From: an uncultured virus (IMG/VR IMGVR_UViG_3300021962_000038)
Lineage: Duplodnaviria; Heunggongvirae; Uroviricota; Caudoviricetes
Length of the DNA stretch: 56,188 nt
Reading direction: 5' to 3' (one strand)
Virus record (IMG/VR): IMGVR_UViG_3300021962_000038
Every line of letters begins with the position of its first letter. Within the stretch, counting starts at the first letter, position 1. The position numbers and the translations under genes are program-made. A model generated the notes under the pieces. The model did not search any database. It had not been told where the DNA came from and saw only the letters and a list, made by a program, of their open reading frames with translations. Positions 29,249 through 38,996 of the stretch are shown here, piece after piece.

Positions 29249-30960
29249 TAAATTTCAAAACTATAAGATATAAAAACTTATTGTCATCAGGAAATAAGTT
29301 TACAGAAATAGAATTAGACAAACACCAAACTACACTTATACTAGGTGAGAATGGTGCAGGGAAATCAACTATACTGGATGCACTTTGTTTTGCACTCTAT
29401 GGTAAAGGTTTCCGTAATCTCAAAAAAGAACTTCTTATCAATTCCATCAATCAAAAAGAATTACTCGTTGAGTTGGAATTTTCTGTTGGTAAGAAACAAT
29501 ACAAAGTCATTCGTGGTGCAAAACCAAATAAGTTTGAGTTATACACGAGTGGTGTCCTTATAAACCAAGATGCAACTATGAGAGACTATCAGGAACATTT
29601 GGAGAAGAACATTCTCAAAATGAGTTATAGATCGTTTACTCAGATTGCAATTCTTGGTTCTGCAAACTTCACACCTTTTATGCAGTTGAAGGCTGCTGAA
29701 AGAAGAAGACTTGTAGAAGATCTATTAGATATTTCAATCTTTAGTACTATGGGTGATATACTAAAGAAAAGAATTTCTAATCATACCGTTGAATTGAAAG
29801 AAACTAAACATGAAATTGCTATTCTAGAAGAAAGAATCAATGGTCTACATGAACAACAAAATGCACTCCGTGAAAATCGTGATCAAAAACTCAAAAAGTT
29901 TGAGAACACCGTTGATGAAACCCAAACCAACATTGATAATCTCATGGAGAGAATAGATGAAAAGACGAAAAATGTGGTGGAGAAAAAATCCACTATCTCG
30001 GATGTCGATCCTCAGAAAGATAGACTCAAACAAGCAACTGACTTGGAGACTAAACTCAAAGAAAATTATAACAAGGCTAGGAAAGAGATTGAGTTTTACC
30101 AATCAAATGATGAATGTCCAACCTGTAAACAAGACATGGACGAGGAACACAAACAATCACACATAGAAGAGATCGACAAAAAGAAAGAAGAATTACAATC
30201 TGCAATTGAACAACTTGGTATCACTGTCAAAGAAACAAAAAAACGACTTGATGAAATACAAAGGATTCAAGATGAGATAGAAAAAGTACAAAAAGAGATC
30301 GGAATACTTCAAACAGAAGTTATGTCTAATCAAAAGTTCATTCAGAAAATACAAAAAGAAATTGAAGATCTAAAAGCAGAAGAACACAATAATACCAATG
30401 TACAATCAAAGATTGAAGATAGTGAAGATGGGTTAGATATATTACATAAGAAATCCGAATCACTCACACAACAAGGACACTACTTTGATATTGCACAAAT
30501 GTTGCTTCGAGATCAAGGTGTCAAACAAAAGATCATCAAACAATATGTTCCGATCATGAACAAACTTATCAACAAGTATCTTGCATCACTAGAGTTCTTT
30601 GTGGGATTTGAATTGAATGAAGCCTTTGAAGAAACCATCAAGTCAAGATTTAGAGACGAGTTCAAATACGACAACTTCTCACAAGGTGAAAAGATGAGAA
30701 TCGACCTTGCACTTCTATTCACATGGAGAGCCGTTGCAAGAATGAAGAACTCAGTGAACACCAACCTATTGATATTAGACGAAGTGTTTGACTCCTCACT
30801 TGATACACAAGGTACAGATGACTTCTTAAAACTTCTGAATACACTTACAGAGAAAACTAATGCATTCATTATATCTCATAAAGGGGATGCACTGTACGAT
30901 AAGTTCAATGATGTCCTAAGATTTGAGAAATACAAGAACTTCAGTCGTCTTTCTGAATAA
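29245..30960 (+). CDS. gp46: Recombination ATPase gp46 (Rad50-like)
   Basis: GENGAGKST, CPTC hook, FSQGE, LDEVFD, ISH. Confidence 0.97.
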   Translation: MINFKTIRYKNLLSSGNKFTEIELDKHQTTLILGENGAGKSTILDALCFALYGKGFRNLKKELLINSINQKELLVELEFSVGKKQYKVIRGAKPNKFELYTSGVLINQDATMRDYQEHLEKNILKMSYRSFTQIAILGSANFTPFMQLKAAERRRLVEDLLDISIFSTMGDILKKRISNHTVELKETKHEIAILEERINGLHEQQNALRENRDQKLKKFENTVDETQTNIDNLMERIDEKTKNVVEKKSTISDVDPQKDRLKQATDLETKLKENYNKARKEIEFYQSNDECPTCKQDMDEEHKQSHIEEIDKKKEELQSAIEQLGITVKETKKRLDEIQRIQDEIEKVQKEIGILQTEVMSNQKFIQKIQKEIEDLKAEEHNNTNVQSKIEDSEDGLDILHKKSESLTQQGHYFDIAQMLLRDQGVKQKIIKQYVPIMNKLINKYLASLEFFVGFELNEAFEETIKSRFRDEFKYDNFSQGEKMRIDLALLFTWRAVARMKNSVNTNLLILDEVFDSSLDTQGTDDFLKLLNTLTEKTNAFIISHKGDALYDKFNDVLRFEKYKNFSRLSE

Positions 30961-30968
30961 ATAGTAGT

Positions 30969-32423
30969 ATGAAAACATTTTCAGAGTATTCAAATCCACC
31001 ACTAGACAAACTTACACTTCGTGAAGATACAAATACATTTGATTTCAAAATTCTAAGTAAGTTCAAGACTACCATAGAATCAAAAAAATTTGTAAAAGTG
31101 GAAGTAGAAAGAACACCTCAGAGAACAGAGGTACGACAAGCTCTAATGGACACTCTTGCAAAAAACAATATTGCATGTAAGTTAGTAGATTTGGGATCTA
31201 AATCATCCTTTGATGGTGTTGAAACAGAAGATGGAACTGTTTTTTATTTCAAAGCTGCAAAAGGTGGAAGCGGTGGTGAACCTAATGCAACACAATGGGA
31301 AGCAATCATATCCGTTGCAGTGAATAAACTTATTGGTGTATCCTCATGGAACCGTGGAAAGGATTGGAACATTGCACAAGGGTTTTGGGATGATTATGAA
31401 AAAAGTGCAATAGGTATAGGAACTAATCTTCTCAGAGAAATTACAGGTATTGATAAGTTAGAGGGAGTAGGTTCATCTAAACTTCCAACCAACAAACTAT
31501 GGAAAAGTTCAGATGGAACACCTAAAACAGATATCCATTCTAGTAAAGTTAACATATCACTAAAGAAAAAAGGTGGTTCACAGTTGATGTCAGGTAAACG
31601 AGACGAGGCAATATCAACTGTTGAAGCTGCAATGAGAACTTATGGTTCAAGTAGTGCAGGTCAGAAAACTGTAGAGAACCTACTCAAAACAATGGAAGAA
31701 AAGATGATATCTCTTTCAGAAAAGGACTCTGTTACAAAGATAGACAAACTAAGAGATAAAACAAAACTAACTCAAAAAGAAGTTGAACAAATTGCAGAAC
31801 TTGATCAGGTAAGACTTGATGCAAAAGAAATCAATAATGAAATGGATAAGGTATTCAAAGATATGTTATTCAAGGCACATTTCTGTTTTGAAGCTGCATC
31901 AGGTGCTGAAAAATTTCAACCCTCACCACTAGGTATTGCACATCAGATCATCACATTTGATGACAGTGCAGGTAAGGTTTATAACAAACTTGTATTAGAT
32001 AGTCCTGAGGGTGCAGGAATGAAACTTGCAAGAAGTAATAATTTTTATGTTTCTTTCAAATCAAGTGCAGGATCAGCACCTTATCTTGCATTTAGAAGTA
32101 AAAAGTTATCAGTTCCAATTACTGAGACATTTAGAAACATAGTTTTTGAAGAAATGAATAAGTCAAAACTTTTGACTGAAGATTTTCAAAAACTAAATGA
32201 ATGGCAAGTGTTTCAAAAGTTAGGTCAAAAAATCAAAGACATTTCTGTAGATACAGTAAATATGTTCAAAAAAGTATTTGATGCAATAATGGAAAGAGTG
32301 AAAAAGGCATTCAATTACATTTTGACACTAGGAAGAAGAATGATTGCAACACTGTTGAATTTTTTTGGTGTTTCAATTTCAGGTGTGAGTATAAGTGGTG
32401 GTGGAGACTACCCATTAGCATAA
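30969..32423 (+). CDS. Hypothetical 484-aa late protein; possible packaged PD-(D/E)xK-like nuclease
   Basis: AATAAATA at 30956; MKTFSEY start; TPKTDI...ISLKK motif. Confidence 0.5.
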   Translation: MKTFSEYSNPPLDKLTLREDTNTFDFKILSKFKTTIESKKFVKVEVERTPQRTEVRQALMDTLAKNNIACKLVDLGSKSSFDGVETEDGTVFYFKAAKGGSGGEPNATQWEAIISVAVNKLIGVSSWNRGKDWNIAQGFWDDYEKSAIGIGTNLLREITGIDKLEGVGSSKLPTNKLWKSSDGTPKTDIHSSKVNISLKKKGGSQLMSGKRDEAISTVEAAMRTYGSSSAGQKTVENLLKTMEEKMISLSEKDSVTKIDKLRDKTKLTQKEVEQIAELDQVRLDAKEINNEMDKVFKDMLFKAHFCFEAASGAEKFQPSPLGIAHQIITFDDSAGKVYNKLVLDSPEGAGMKLARSNNFYVSFKSSAGSAPYLAFRSKKLSVPITETFRNIVFEEMNKSKLLTEDFQKLNEWQVFQKLGQKIKDISVDTVNMFKKVFDAIMERVKKAFNYILTLGRRMIATLLNFFGVSISGVSISGGGDYPLA

Positions 32424-32432
32424 GGATATATA

Positions 32433-33059
32433 ATGTATGAATTAATTAATGAAGCAAGTAAGGTTCTAAGAACCCCCCCACAATTATTTGACTTTGAGAC
32501 AAGAACAGATGCAAAAGAAATTGCAGAAGCACTTTCTAATGCAATGATTAGGTTTGGTGGAATAGGTTTGAGTGCAAACCAAGTTGGATTAGACGCAAGA
32601 GTGTTTGTTATGAAAACAAATGACAAGGGTATTGTAGCATTCTTCAATCCACAAATCAAAAAAATATCTCAAGAAACAGACCTAATGAAAGAGGGATGTT
32701 TATCCTTTCCTGATATCTATCTAATGATTACTAGATCTAAATTTATTGAACTTGAATATCAGGATGTTGAGGGAGAAACACACACTGTTCAGTTAGAGGG
32801 TCTTGCAGCTCGTTGTGTGCAACATGAGATTGATCATCTAAACGGTATTCTATTCTTACAAAGAGCATCAAGACTGAAACTTGAAAGAGCATTGAAGGTT
32901 AGACCTAAAGAACAGAAAAAAAGAATAGAATTTGAGAAAAGAATGGCTATTGCAAGACATCTTCAAAAATTAGAACAAGAGAAAGCAGAAAGACAAAATG
33001 AAGAAAGTGAAATTCAAAATACTGACAGTCAACCAAGTTCTGTCGCAACAGGAAGCTGA
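32433..33059 (+). CDS. def: Peptide deformylase
   Basis: GIGLSANQVG, EGCLS, QHEIDHLNG. Confidence 0.96.
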   Translation: MYELINEASKVLRTPPQLFDFETRTDAKEIAEALSNAMIRFGGIGLSANQVGLDARVFVMKTNDKGIVAFFNPQIKKISQETDLMKEGCLSFPDIYLMITRSKFIELEYQDVEGETHTVQLEGLAARCVQHEIDHLNGILFLQRASRLKLERALKVRPKEQKKRIEFEKRMAIARHLQKLEQEKAERQNEESEIQNTDSQPSSVATGS

Positions 33060-33621
33060 CCGTCTCATTTACTGGAGTGCAACCCACACACATAAAAGAG
33101 CGTTGGGTGATGGTTCAGACTACACTGGATATAACAAGGTACACATAAAGGATCATTGGGTTAGAGATACACTCAATGCACTAGAGTGTATTGCAATCAC
33201 TGAAATCAGAAAGGAAACGGATCAAATAGTTTTCCCTGAAATGACTACTATTACAGAATGGCCTATAGGTGGAATTCAAGAACCTCATACAGACATCTAC
33301 ACTAACTCAGAAATAGAGAGTGATACTAAAGATCCTAACCCAAGTAGAGAGTGGACTGCAATAGTTTACCTCAATACCAACTACACTGGGGGAAGAACTT
33401 ATTTTCCACCTAGTGATTATAACTCAATACTATACACACACCAACCTGAGACTTGTCAGATGATATTATTTCAGGGTATCTATCACCCCCATGGGGTAGA
33501 AAAAGTGTTTAGAAATTCTAGACACACAGTTGCAATGTGGTTTACCACAAATAAAGATCGCATTCTAACAGATTACATCACCGAAGATCTTTCCCTAGAT
33601 CAATTCACCCTAAGAAAATAA
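32998..33621 (+). CDS. 2OG-Fe(II) oxygenase (prolyl hydroxylase-like)
   Basis: PHTD, IVYLNTNYTGG, HPHGV, RHTVAMWF. Confidence 0.85.
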   Translation: MKKVKFKILTVNQVLSQQEADRLIYWSATHTHKRALGDGSDYTGYNKVHIKDHWVRDTLNALECIAITEIRKETDQIVFPEMTTITEWPIGGIQEPHTDIYTNSEIESDTKDPNPSREWTAIVYLNTNYTGGRTYFPPSDYNSILYTHQPETCQMILFQGIYHPHGVEKVFRNSRHTVAMWFTTNKDRILTDYITEDLSLDQFTLRK

Positions 33622-33638
33622 TTTATCTTTTTTCTCTC

Positions 33639-33674
33639 TAGGGGTTGACAATACCCCCTACTTTTTTATATAAT
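33639..33674 (+). promoter_or_regulatory. Sigma70-type early promoter overlapping a terminator-like hairpin
   Basis: TTGACA(33645)-18 nt-TATAAT(33669); TAGGGG/CCCCTA stem plus T6. Confidence 0.75.
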
Positions 33675-33702
33675 TAAAACATGATGAGAAAAGGAGATAA
33701 AA

Positions 33703-33906
33703 ATGTCACATTTTAGTAAACAAATACTTGCAGACAGAGCAGTTGATGATGCAATCGCTCTAGTCGATACATTTTCTGATATGAAAGTAAAACAAGTCCT
33801 TCACCTAAACTTTGGTGTTAGGGATGGAGATAGAGACGACCTAGTAGAATTCATTGCAAATGATTTCTTCAACGACTACATGAATGCCCCTACCCCACAT
33901 GGGTAA
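33703..33906 (+). CDS. Hypothetical early protein
   Basis: SD AAGGAG; directly behind the sigma70 promoter. Confidence 0.7.
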   Translation: MSHFSKQILADRAVDDAIALVDTFSDMKVKQVLHLNFGVRDGDRDDLVEFIANDFFNDYMNAPTPHG

Positions 33907-33940
33907 GGGTAAGTCTTTGTTTTTCAAGGAAATAAAAAAC

Positions 33941-33970
33941 TTGACAATACCCTTCACTTTTTAGTATACT
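33941..33970 (+). promoter_or_regulatory. Sigma70-type promoter
   Basis: TTGACA-18 nt-TATACT. Confidence 0.75.
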
Positions 33971-33977
33971 TAATATT

Positions 33978-36269
33978 ATGGAAAACCTAAGAACACAAAA
34001 AGACAATCTTGCCAAACTAATGGCCACTGAGAACCTGACTATCGTGCATAGGAAAATCCCTACTGCATATTTTGATATCAAAAACAGAGTTCTTGCTTGT
34101 CCTATTCTAAAGGACGATATCTCACCTGAACTTTATGACTTGTTTATGGGTCATGAAGTATCACATGCATTACACACACCTTTTGAGGGATTACACTCTA
34201 CTCTCAAAGAAAATAGAACTCTCAAGGGATACCTCAATGTTGTTGAGGATGTCAGAATTGAGAAAATGATCAAAGAGAAGTATGCAGGTCTTAGAAAGTC
34301 TTTCTTCAAAGCATACAATGAATTGATGAACATGGACTTCTTTAGTCTAAAAGGTAGAAACCTACAAGAACTTTCGTTGATTGATAAGATCAACTTGCTC
34401 ACTAAAGTTGGTTCAAGGGTCAACATCAAACTGACTGACAAAGAACAGGAGTTTTTAGACTGGTCTTATAGATGTCAGACTTGGGAAGATGTTGTTGAAT
34501 GTGCAACTGCGATTTATGAATACTCTAAAGAGAATGAAACAAGAACAAAAGAAGATGAGGAAATCAAAGGATCATTTGAATACGACATAGAAGAAAGTGA
34601 TGATGAAGTTGATCTAGGTGAAGAAGATTATCCTTTTGAGCCATACACTGGTGAAGAAGATGATGATATAGAAGAAAGTGATATAGAACTAGATGAAACT
34701 CAACAATCAACAGTGCATGATCATTCTGCTGGTTCTCAATTTGATGATGAAGATGGTGCAAGAGAAGCTCTTACCGAATACAATGCACATGAAAACGAAG
34801 ATACTCTTTACAGCACAGAGAACAGGATCAGAACACAAATTGATTTGAGAAAAGAATGGAAAGAAGTAAAAAACCAAGAGGTTATTGTTCCTAACAAAGA
34901 GTTCAACAGTGATTGGTCTAAGTTTTGGAATTCACCTACAGATGATTACAGTTATAGATGGGGTGCCTACAGTGTAGGTGATGGATACAATCTTGCAAAG
35001 AAAACTTCTAACATCATAGAGTTGAAAAACAAAAAGACCGTTATGCACATGGTCAAAGAATTTGAAATGAGACAATCAGCTGCTATAAGTGCAAAAGCAT
35101 ATACTGGTAAAACTGGTCAACTTGATATGAACAGACTTGCAAAATATCAGATTGTTGATGATGTTTTCAAAAGAGCAGTCTACCTTCCTGAAGGTAAAAA
35201 TCATGGTATCACAGTGTTGATAGATTGGTCAGGTTCTATTTCAAATGTAGTTCCTGATTTATTAGAACAAGCAATCATTCTCACAATGTTTTGTAGAAAA
35301 GCACAGATACCTCACAGAGTATATCTTTTTACTGATAGTTATGGTAAAAGAGATCTAGGTATGAGTACAAACCTTATTGAAATATTCTCAAACGAACAGA
35401 GTTCAAGAGACTACAAACAAAGTTTACTCAATGTAAGTGCATTATATAACGCACATGCTTTTAGTGATAGAGGATGGAGAGGATACGAAAAGTTCAAAGC
35501 AAAATGGGAAGGACACTTCAAAGAAGCACTCAAAGTAGATGATAGTACAAGATGGGTGCAGATACCACATTTTGTTCAAGGTCGTTATCATTTAGGTGGA
35601 ACACCTTTAGATGCATCACTTGTGTATTTGAGAGAAACTTTACCTAAGTTCAACAAACAATATAGCATTGAGAAATCTATACTAACCGTTATTACAGATG
35701 GTGAAAGTCATAGTTCAAGATTATTCAGTAGAGATAAAGTTCAAGAACAAATCCAAGATCAAACTGTTGAGGGAACAAATCATTATACACCTGTTGAGAT
35801 TGAGATCATTGATCCTTACAATAACAAAGTTTATCCGATTGTAAAACCTGTTGGAAAATACAATGGTTCTTCAAACTTCAGAACAACCCAACATATTTTA
35901 GAATGGATTTCTAAATCTTGTAATGTAAGTTGCACTGGATACTTTATTGGAACATCAAGAAATGATTTCTACCACATCTATGATAAAATTAGGGAAGATA
36001 GTCGAATTAACTCTGAAAACCATTCATACATGAGATTTGATGAATGGTATAAAGTTGCAAAAAAAGAAGGTCAGGTTGCAAACATAAAAGGATATAACAA
36101 AATGTTCATTACAAGTGCAAACCTAATCAAAGTAGATGATGAGGATACACTAGATGATAAATTCATTGGAGCTACAAAAACCTCAGTGCTTGCAGCTTTC
36201 AAAAGAAACAGAAAATCAAAAACAACATCAAGGTTCCTAACTAACGAATTTATAAAGGAGATATCATAA
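33978..36269 (+). CDS. CobT-like protein: HExxH metallopeptidase-like N-domain, acidic linker, vWA domain
   Basis: GHEVSH, NVVEDVRIE, DWSGS MIDAS, GGTPL, VITDGES. Confidence 0.85.
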   Translation: MENLRTQKDNLAKLMATENLTIVHRKIPTAYFDIKNRVLACPILKDDISPELYDLFMGHEVSHALHTPFEGLHSTLKENRTLKGYLNVVEDVRIEKMIKEKYAGLRKSFFKAYNELMNMDFFSLKGRNLQELSLIDKINLLTKVGSRVNIKLTDKEQEFLDWSYRCQTWEDVVECATAIYEYSKENETRTKEDEEIKGSFEYDIEESDDEVDLGEEDYPFEPYTGEEDDDIEESDIELDETQQSTVHDHSAGSQFDDEDGAREALTEYNAHENEDTLYSTENRIRTQIDLRKEWKEVKNQEVIVPNKEFNSDWSKFWNSPTDDYSYRWGAYSVGDGYNLAKKTSNIIELKNKKTVMHMVKEFEMRQSAAISAKAYTGKTGQLDMNRLAKYQIVDDVFKRAVYLPEGKNHGITVLIDWSGSISNVVPDLLEQAIILTMFCRKAQIPHRVYLFTDSYGKRDLGMSTNLIEIFSNEQSSRDYKQSLLNVSALYNAHAFSDRGWRGYEKFKAKWEGHFKEALKVDDSTRWVQIPHFVQGRYHLGGTPLDASLVYLRETLPKFNKQYSIEKSILTVITDGESHSSRLFSRDKVQEQIQDQTVEGTNHYTPVEIEIIDPYNNKVYPIVKPVGKYNGSSNFRTTQHILEWISKSCNVSCTGYFIGTSRNDFYHIYDKIREDSRINSENHSYMRFDEWYKVAKKEGQVANIKGYNKMFITSANLIKVDDEDTLDDKFIGATKTSVLAAFKRNRKSKTTSRFLTNEFIKEIS

Positions 36270-36547
36270 TGGGAATAAATGCAATACAATTAGATACAGA
36301 TTACTACTGGGGAACCATGTCGGATGGTGCATACAACAAGTTTGCAGATGCAGTTCAAGATGTCGGGCCTAGTCCTTGTAAAAAGTTTGATTGTCCTAGA
36401 CAATCTCTTTGTGCAACGGAAGGAGTAGAATGTAAAGCTTTTAGGTTTTGGGTAAACAATGGATCATTAGAAACCTATTCTTTAAAAGAGGATAAGAAGA
36501 TTTCTATTGAGAAAGATATCCAAAGAATTTTGAGAAATTGTGAATAA
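36269..36547 (+). CDS. Hypothetical Cys-containing protein
   Basis: SD AAGGAG; CxxxxC...C...C. Confidence 0.65.
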   Translation: MGINAIQLDTDYYWGTMSDGAYNKFADAVQDVGPSPCKKFDCPRQSLCATEGVECKAFRFWVNNGSLETYSLKEDKKISIEKDIQRILRNCE

Positions 36548-36551
36548 AGGG

Positions 36552-36581
36552 TTGACAATAGCGACAACTTTTTTATATAAT
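36552..36581 (+). promoter_or_regulatory. Sigma70-type early promoter
   Basis: TTGACA-18 nt-TATAAT. Confidence 0.8.
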
Positions 36582-36615
36582 TAAAAAATGATGAGTAATA
36601 ATAAGGAGACTGCTT

Positions 36616-37869
36616 ATGAATAAAAGAACCTATGATAGGTCGGAGAGTGTTACCGTTGCAGGTAAACCTTTCCATTTTACGCCAGATAGAAAGGAATTTC
36701 TAACTGCACTAACCACAAACTTCCCCAATCAGGTGGAGTTTACTTCAGAACAGATCAACCAAGTAGGAGACTTTCCATACTGGATAAAATCTGCAAGGTA
36801 TAATTTCAAACAAAATGGGGTTTTCAATCTATCCCAAGTTTTGAATGTGGTGCCTATGACCAAGACTACACCACCACCAAAAGCTTTTATGCCTACTGCA
36901 CCTAAGGTATCGAATATGCCTGTTGCAGCTCAGACACAAAAGACAATCAATCTTATTGAGGACAATGTAAAAATCATTCCTGAGAAGATGACAAACTATG
37001 TTCCTTTTGGTCATTTCAAAGATGTAGAGAATATCATCAAGTCTAAGATATTCTTTCCAATCTTTATTACTGGTCTAAGTGGTAATGGTAAGACACTTAT
37101 GGTTGAACAAGTGTGTGCTAAACTCAAGAGAGAACTCTACAGGGTCAATATCACCATCGAGACAGATGAAGATGATTTGATGGGTGGACACACTTTAGTC
37201 AATGGTAACATTACTTTCAGAGAAGGCCCAGTTATCAAAGCTATGAGAAAAGGTGCCGTCCTTCTCTTAGACGAAGTTGACTTGGGTTCTAACAAAATGA
37301 TGTGTTTACAATCAGTTCTTGAGGGTAAAGGATATCTAATCAAGAAAACTGGTGAATGGGTATCTCCTGCAGAAGGGTTCACAGTGGTTGCAACTGCAAA
37401 CACTAAAGGACAAGGATCTGAGGATGGTAAATTCATTGGAACTCAAATCATGAACGAAGCTATGTTGGAAAGGTTTGCTATTTCAATGCAACAAGAATAT
37501 CCACCAGTCAATATTGAGAGAAAAATTCTTGAAAAGGAAATGGAACTTCATGGTGAAGTTGATATGGAGTTTATCAAGAAACTTGTAGACTGGGCGGACA
37601 TTATCAGAAAAACCTACTACGAAGGTGCAATTGATGATGTCATCACCACTAGAAGATTGGTTCACATCATCAACGCATTCAAAATGTTTGGTGATAAACT
37701 CAAGTCAATCCAAATGTGTATCACAAGATTTGACGAAGATACCAAGAATGCAATACTTGATCTCTATTCTAAAATAGACGAAGGTGTTGATGTGTCAGGA
37801 ATGTTTGGTGAAGTATCGGAAGATACCTCATCAGACGAGGATTACCAAGAGGATACACAATATCCATAA
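36616..37869 (+). CDS. cobS: CobS-like MoxR-family AAA+ ATPase
   Basis: GLSGNGKT, LLLDEVD, ATANTKGQG, NEAMLERF. Confidence 0.9.
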   Translation: MNKRTYDRSESVTVAGKPFHFTPDRKEFLTALTTNFPNQVEFTSEQINQVGDFPYWIKSARYNFKQNGVFNLSQVLNVVPMTKTTPPPKAFMPTAPKVSNMPVAAQTQKTINLIEDNVKIIPEKMTNYVPFGHFKDVENIIKSKIFFPIFITGLSGNGKTLMVEQVCAKLKRELYRVNITIETDEDDLMGGHTLVNGNITFREGPVIKAMRKGAVLLLDEVDLGSNKMMCLQSVLEGKGYLIKKTGEWVSPAEGFTVVATANTKGQGSEDGKFIGTQIMNEAMLERFAISMQQEYPPVNIERKILEKEMELHGEVDMEFIKKLVDWADIIRKTYYEGAIDDVITTRRLVHIINAFKMFGDKLKSIQMCITRFDEDTKNAILDLYSKIDEGVDVSGMFGEVSEDTSSDEDYQEDTQYP

Positions 37870-37912
37870 AACCCCATTGACGAACAAGTGGATTGGAAGT
37901 ATAATGAGTAAA

Positions 37913-38215
37913 ATGTTTAGAAAGTTTGAGAAAGTTGGGTACAAATACGAGGAAGATAAACTCCTCAAAGAATTGCGTACCTATATTGACGGAACCTACA
38001 AACAACATTACAGTCTGAACAACTTTCAGTCCACAGAGTTCATTATTGATAGTGGACACGGTGAAGGATTTTGTATCGGAAACATACTCAAGTATGCACA
38101 ACGATACGGAAAAAAGGACGGAAAGAACAGAGCAGATTTATTGAAAGTATTGCACTACGCTCTAATAATGTTACATGTGCATGATAAGGAGAAAAAGAGT
38201 GGAAATGAAAATTAG
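37913..38215 (+). CDS. DUF3310-like conserved phage protein
   Basis: TYKQHY, GFCIGNILKYAQRYGKK, DLLKVLHY; promoter TTGACG(37877)-17-TATAAT; start 37904 or 37913. Confidence 0.8.
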   Translation: MFRKFEKVGYKYEEDKLLKELRTYIDGTYKQHYSLNNFQSTEFIIDSGHGEGFCIGNILKYAQRYGKKDGKNRADLLKVLHYALIMLHVHDKEKKSGNEN

Positions 38216-38870
38216 TAATGACACTAGAAATATATTGAAAAACTTTTCTACCATCAACAGTGGTATCAAAGTAAAAACTGGGAACAAGTTGGAAACAATT
38301 TCTAACATGAAGAACATACTTGCAGTTGCAACGGTAGATGAGACATTTCCCAAAAATTTCTCTATCTACAATCTACCTGAGTTCTTAGGTGCAACTTCTT
38401 TATTGGAAGATGCAGACTATGAGTTTGGGGATGTAAGTGTATCTATCTCTGATACAGATAGTTCACTTTCATATTTTTATGCAAGTGAGGGTATGATTAC
38501 TGCACCTGAGAAAGAGGTCAAGATGCCTGAGGCAGAAGTAAACATAACTGTATCCTCTACACTACTTTCTGAATTACAGAAAGCTGCAAGTGTTTTAGGA
38601 GTAAATGACTTAGTTCTGAAATCTGATGGTACTACTATCTCTCTTGTTGTAGTTGATAAGAAAAACCCAACTTCAAATACATTCTCAAGAATAGTTGGTG
38701 AAGGTAGTGGAACAACTTTCACTTTCAATTTCAAAATCGAGAACTTGAAAATTCTTGATGGTAATTATGATGTTGCAGTATCGTCTAAAGGAATATCCCA
38801 TTTCAAAAACAAGGATGTTGATTTAGAGTACTTTATTGCACTCGAACCTGATTCAAAATATGGTTCTTAG
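38205..38870 (+). CDS. gp45: Sliding clamp gp45
   Basis: ILKNFSTINSGI, IYNLPEFL, YFIALE. Confidence 0.95.
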   Translation: MKISNDTRNILKNFSTINSGIKVKTGNKLETISNMKNILAVATVDETFPKNFSIYNLPEFLGATSLLEDADYEFGDVSVSISDTDSSLSYFYASEGMITAPEKEVKMPEAEVNITVSSTLLSELQKAASVLGVNDLVLKSDGTTISLVVVDKKNPTSNTFSRIVGEGSGTTFTFNFKIENLKILDGNYDVAVSSKGISHFKNKDVDLEYFIALEPDSKYGS

Positions 38871-38993
38871 TATAAATAATACTACAAACGGCAGTAAGAA
38901 ATTCAGTCTCTATTCTTACTGCGGGAGTATCCGAAAATCTCATCATTGTTCTCTTTGGGTCGGATACACGAACAAATCGGCGGGGGTTTGTTC
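38871..38993 (+). ncRNA. Late promoter plus candidate structured leader RNA (three hairpins)
   Basis: TATAAATA at 38871; stems 38891-38900/38913-38922, 38927-38934/38960-38967, 38970-38978/38985-38993. Confidence 0.55.
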
Positions 38994-38996
38994 ACT

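Noticed and set aside
36616..37869. Cobalamin biosynthesis function for cobS
   Set aside because: No cobN or other cob genes in the window; the name reflects MoxR-type ATPase similarity only
38891..38993. tRNA in the gp45-gp44 gap
   Set aside because: No acceptor stem, TTC-GA T-loop or CCA; no tRNA recognised anywhere in the window
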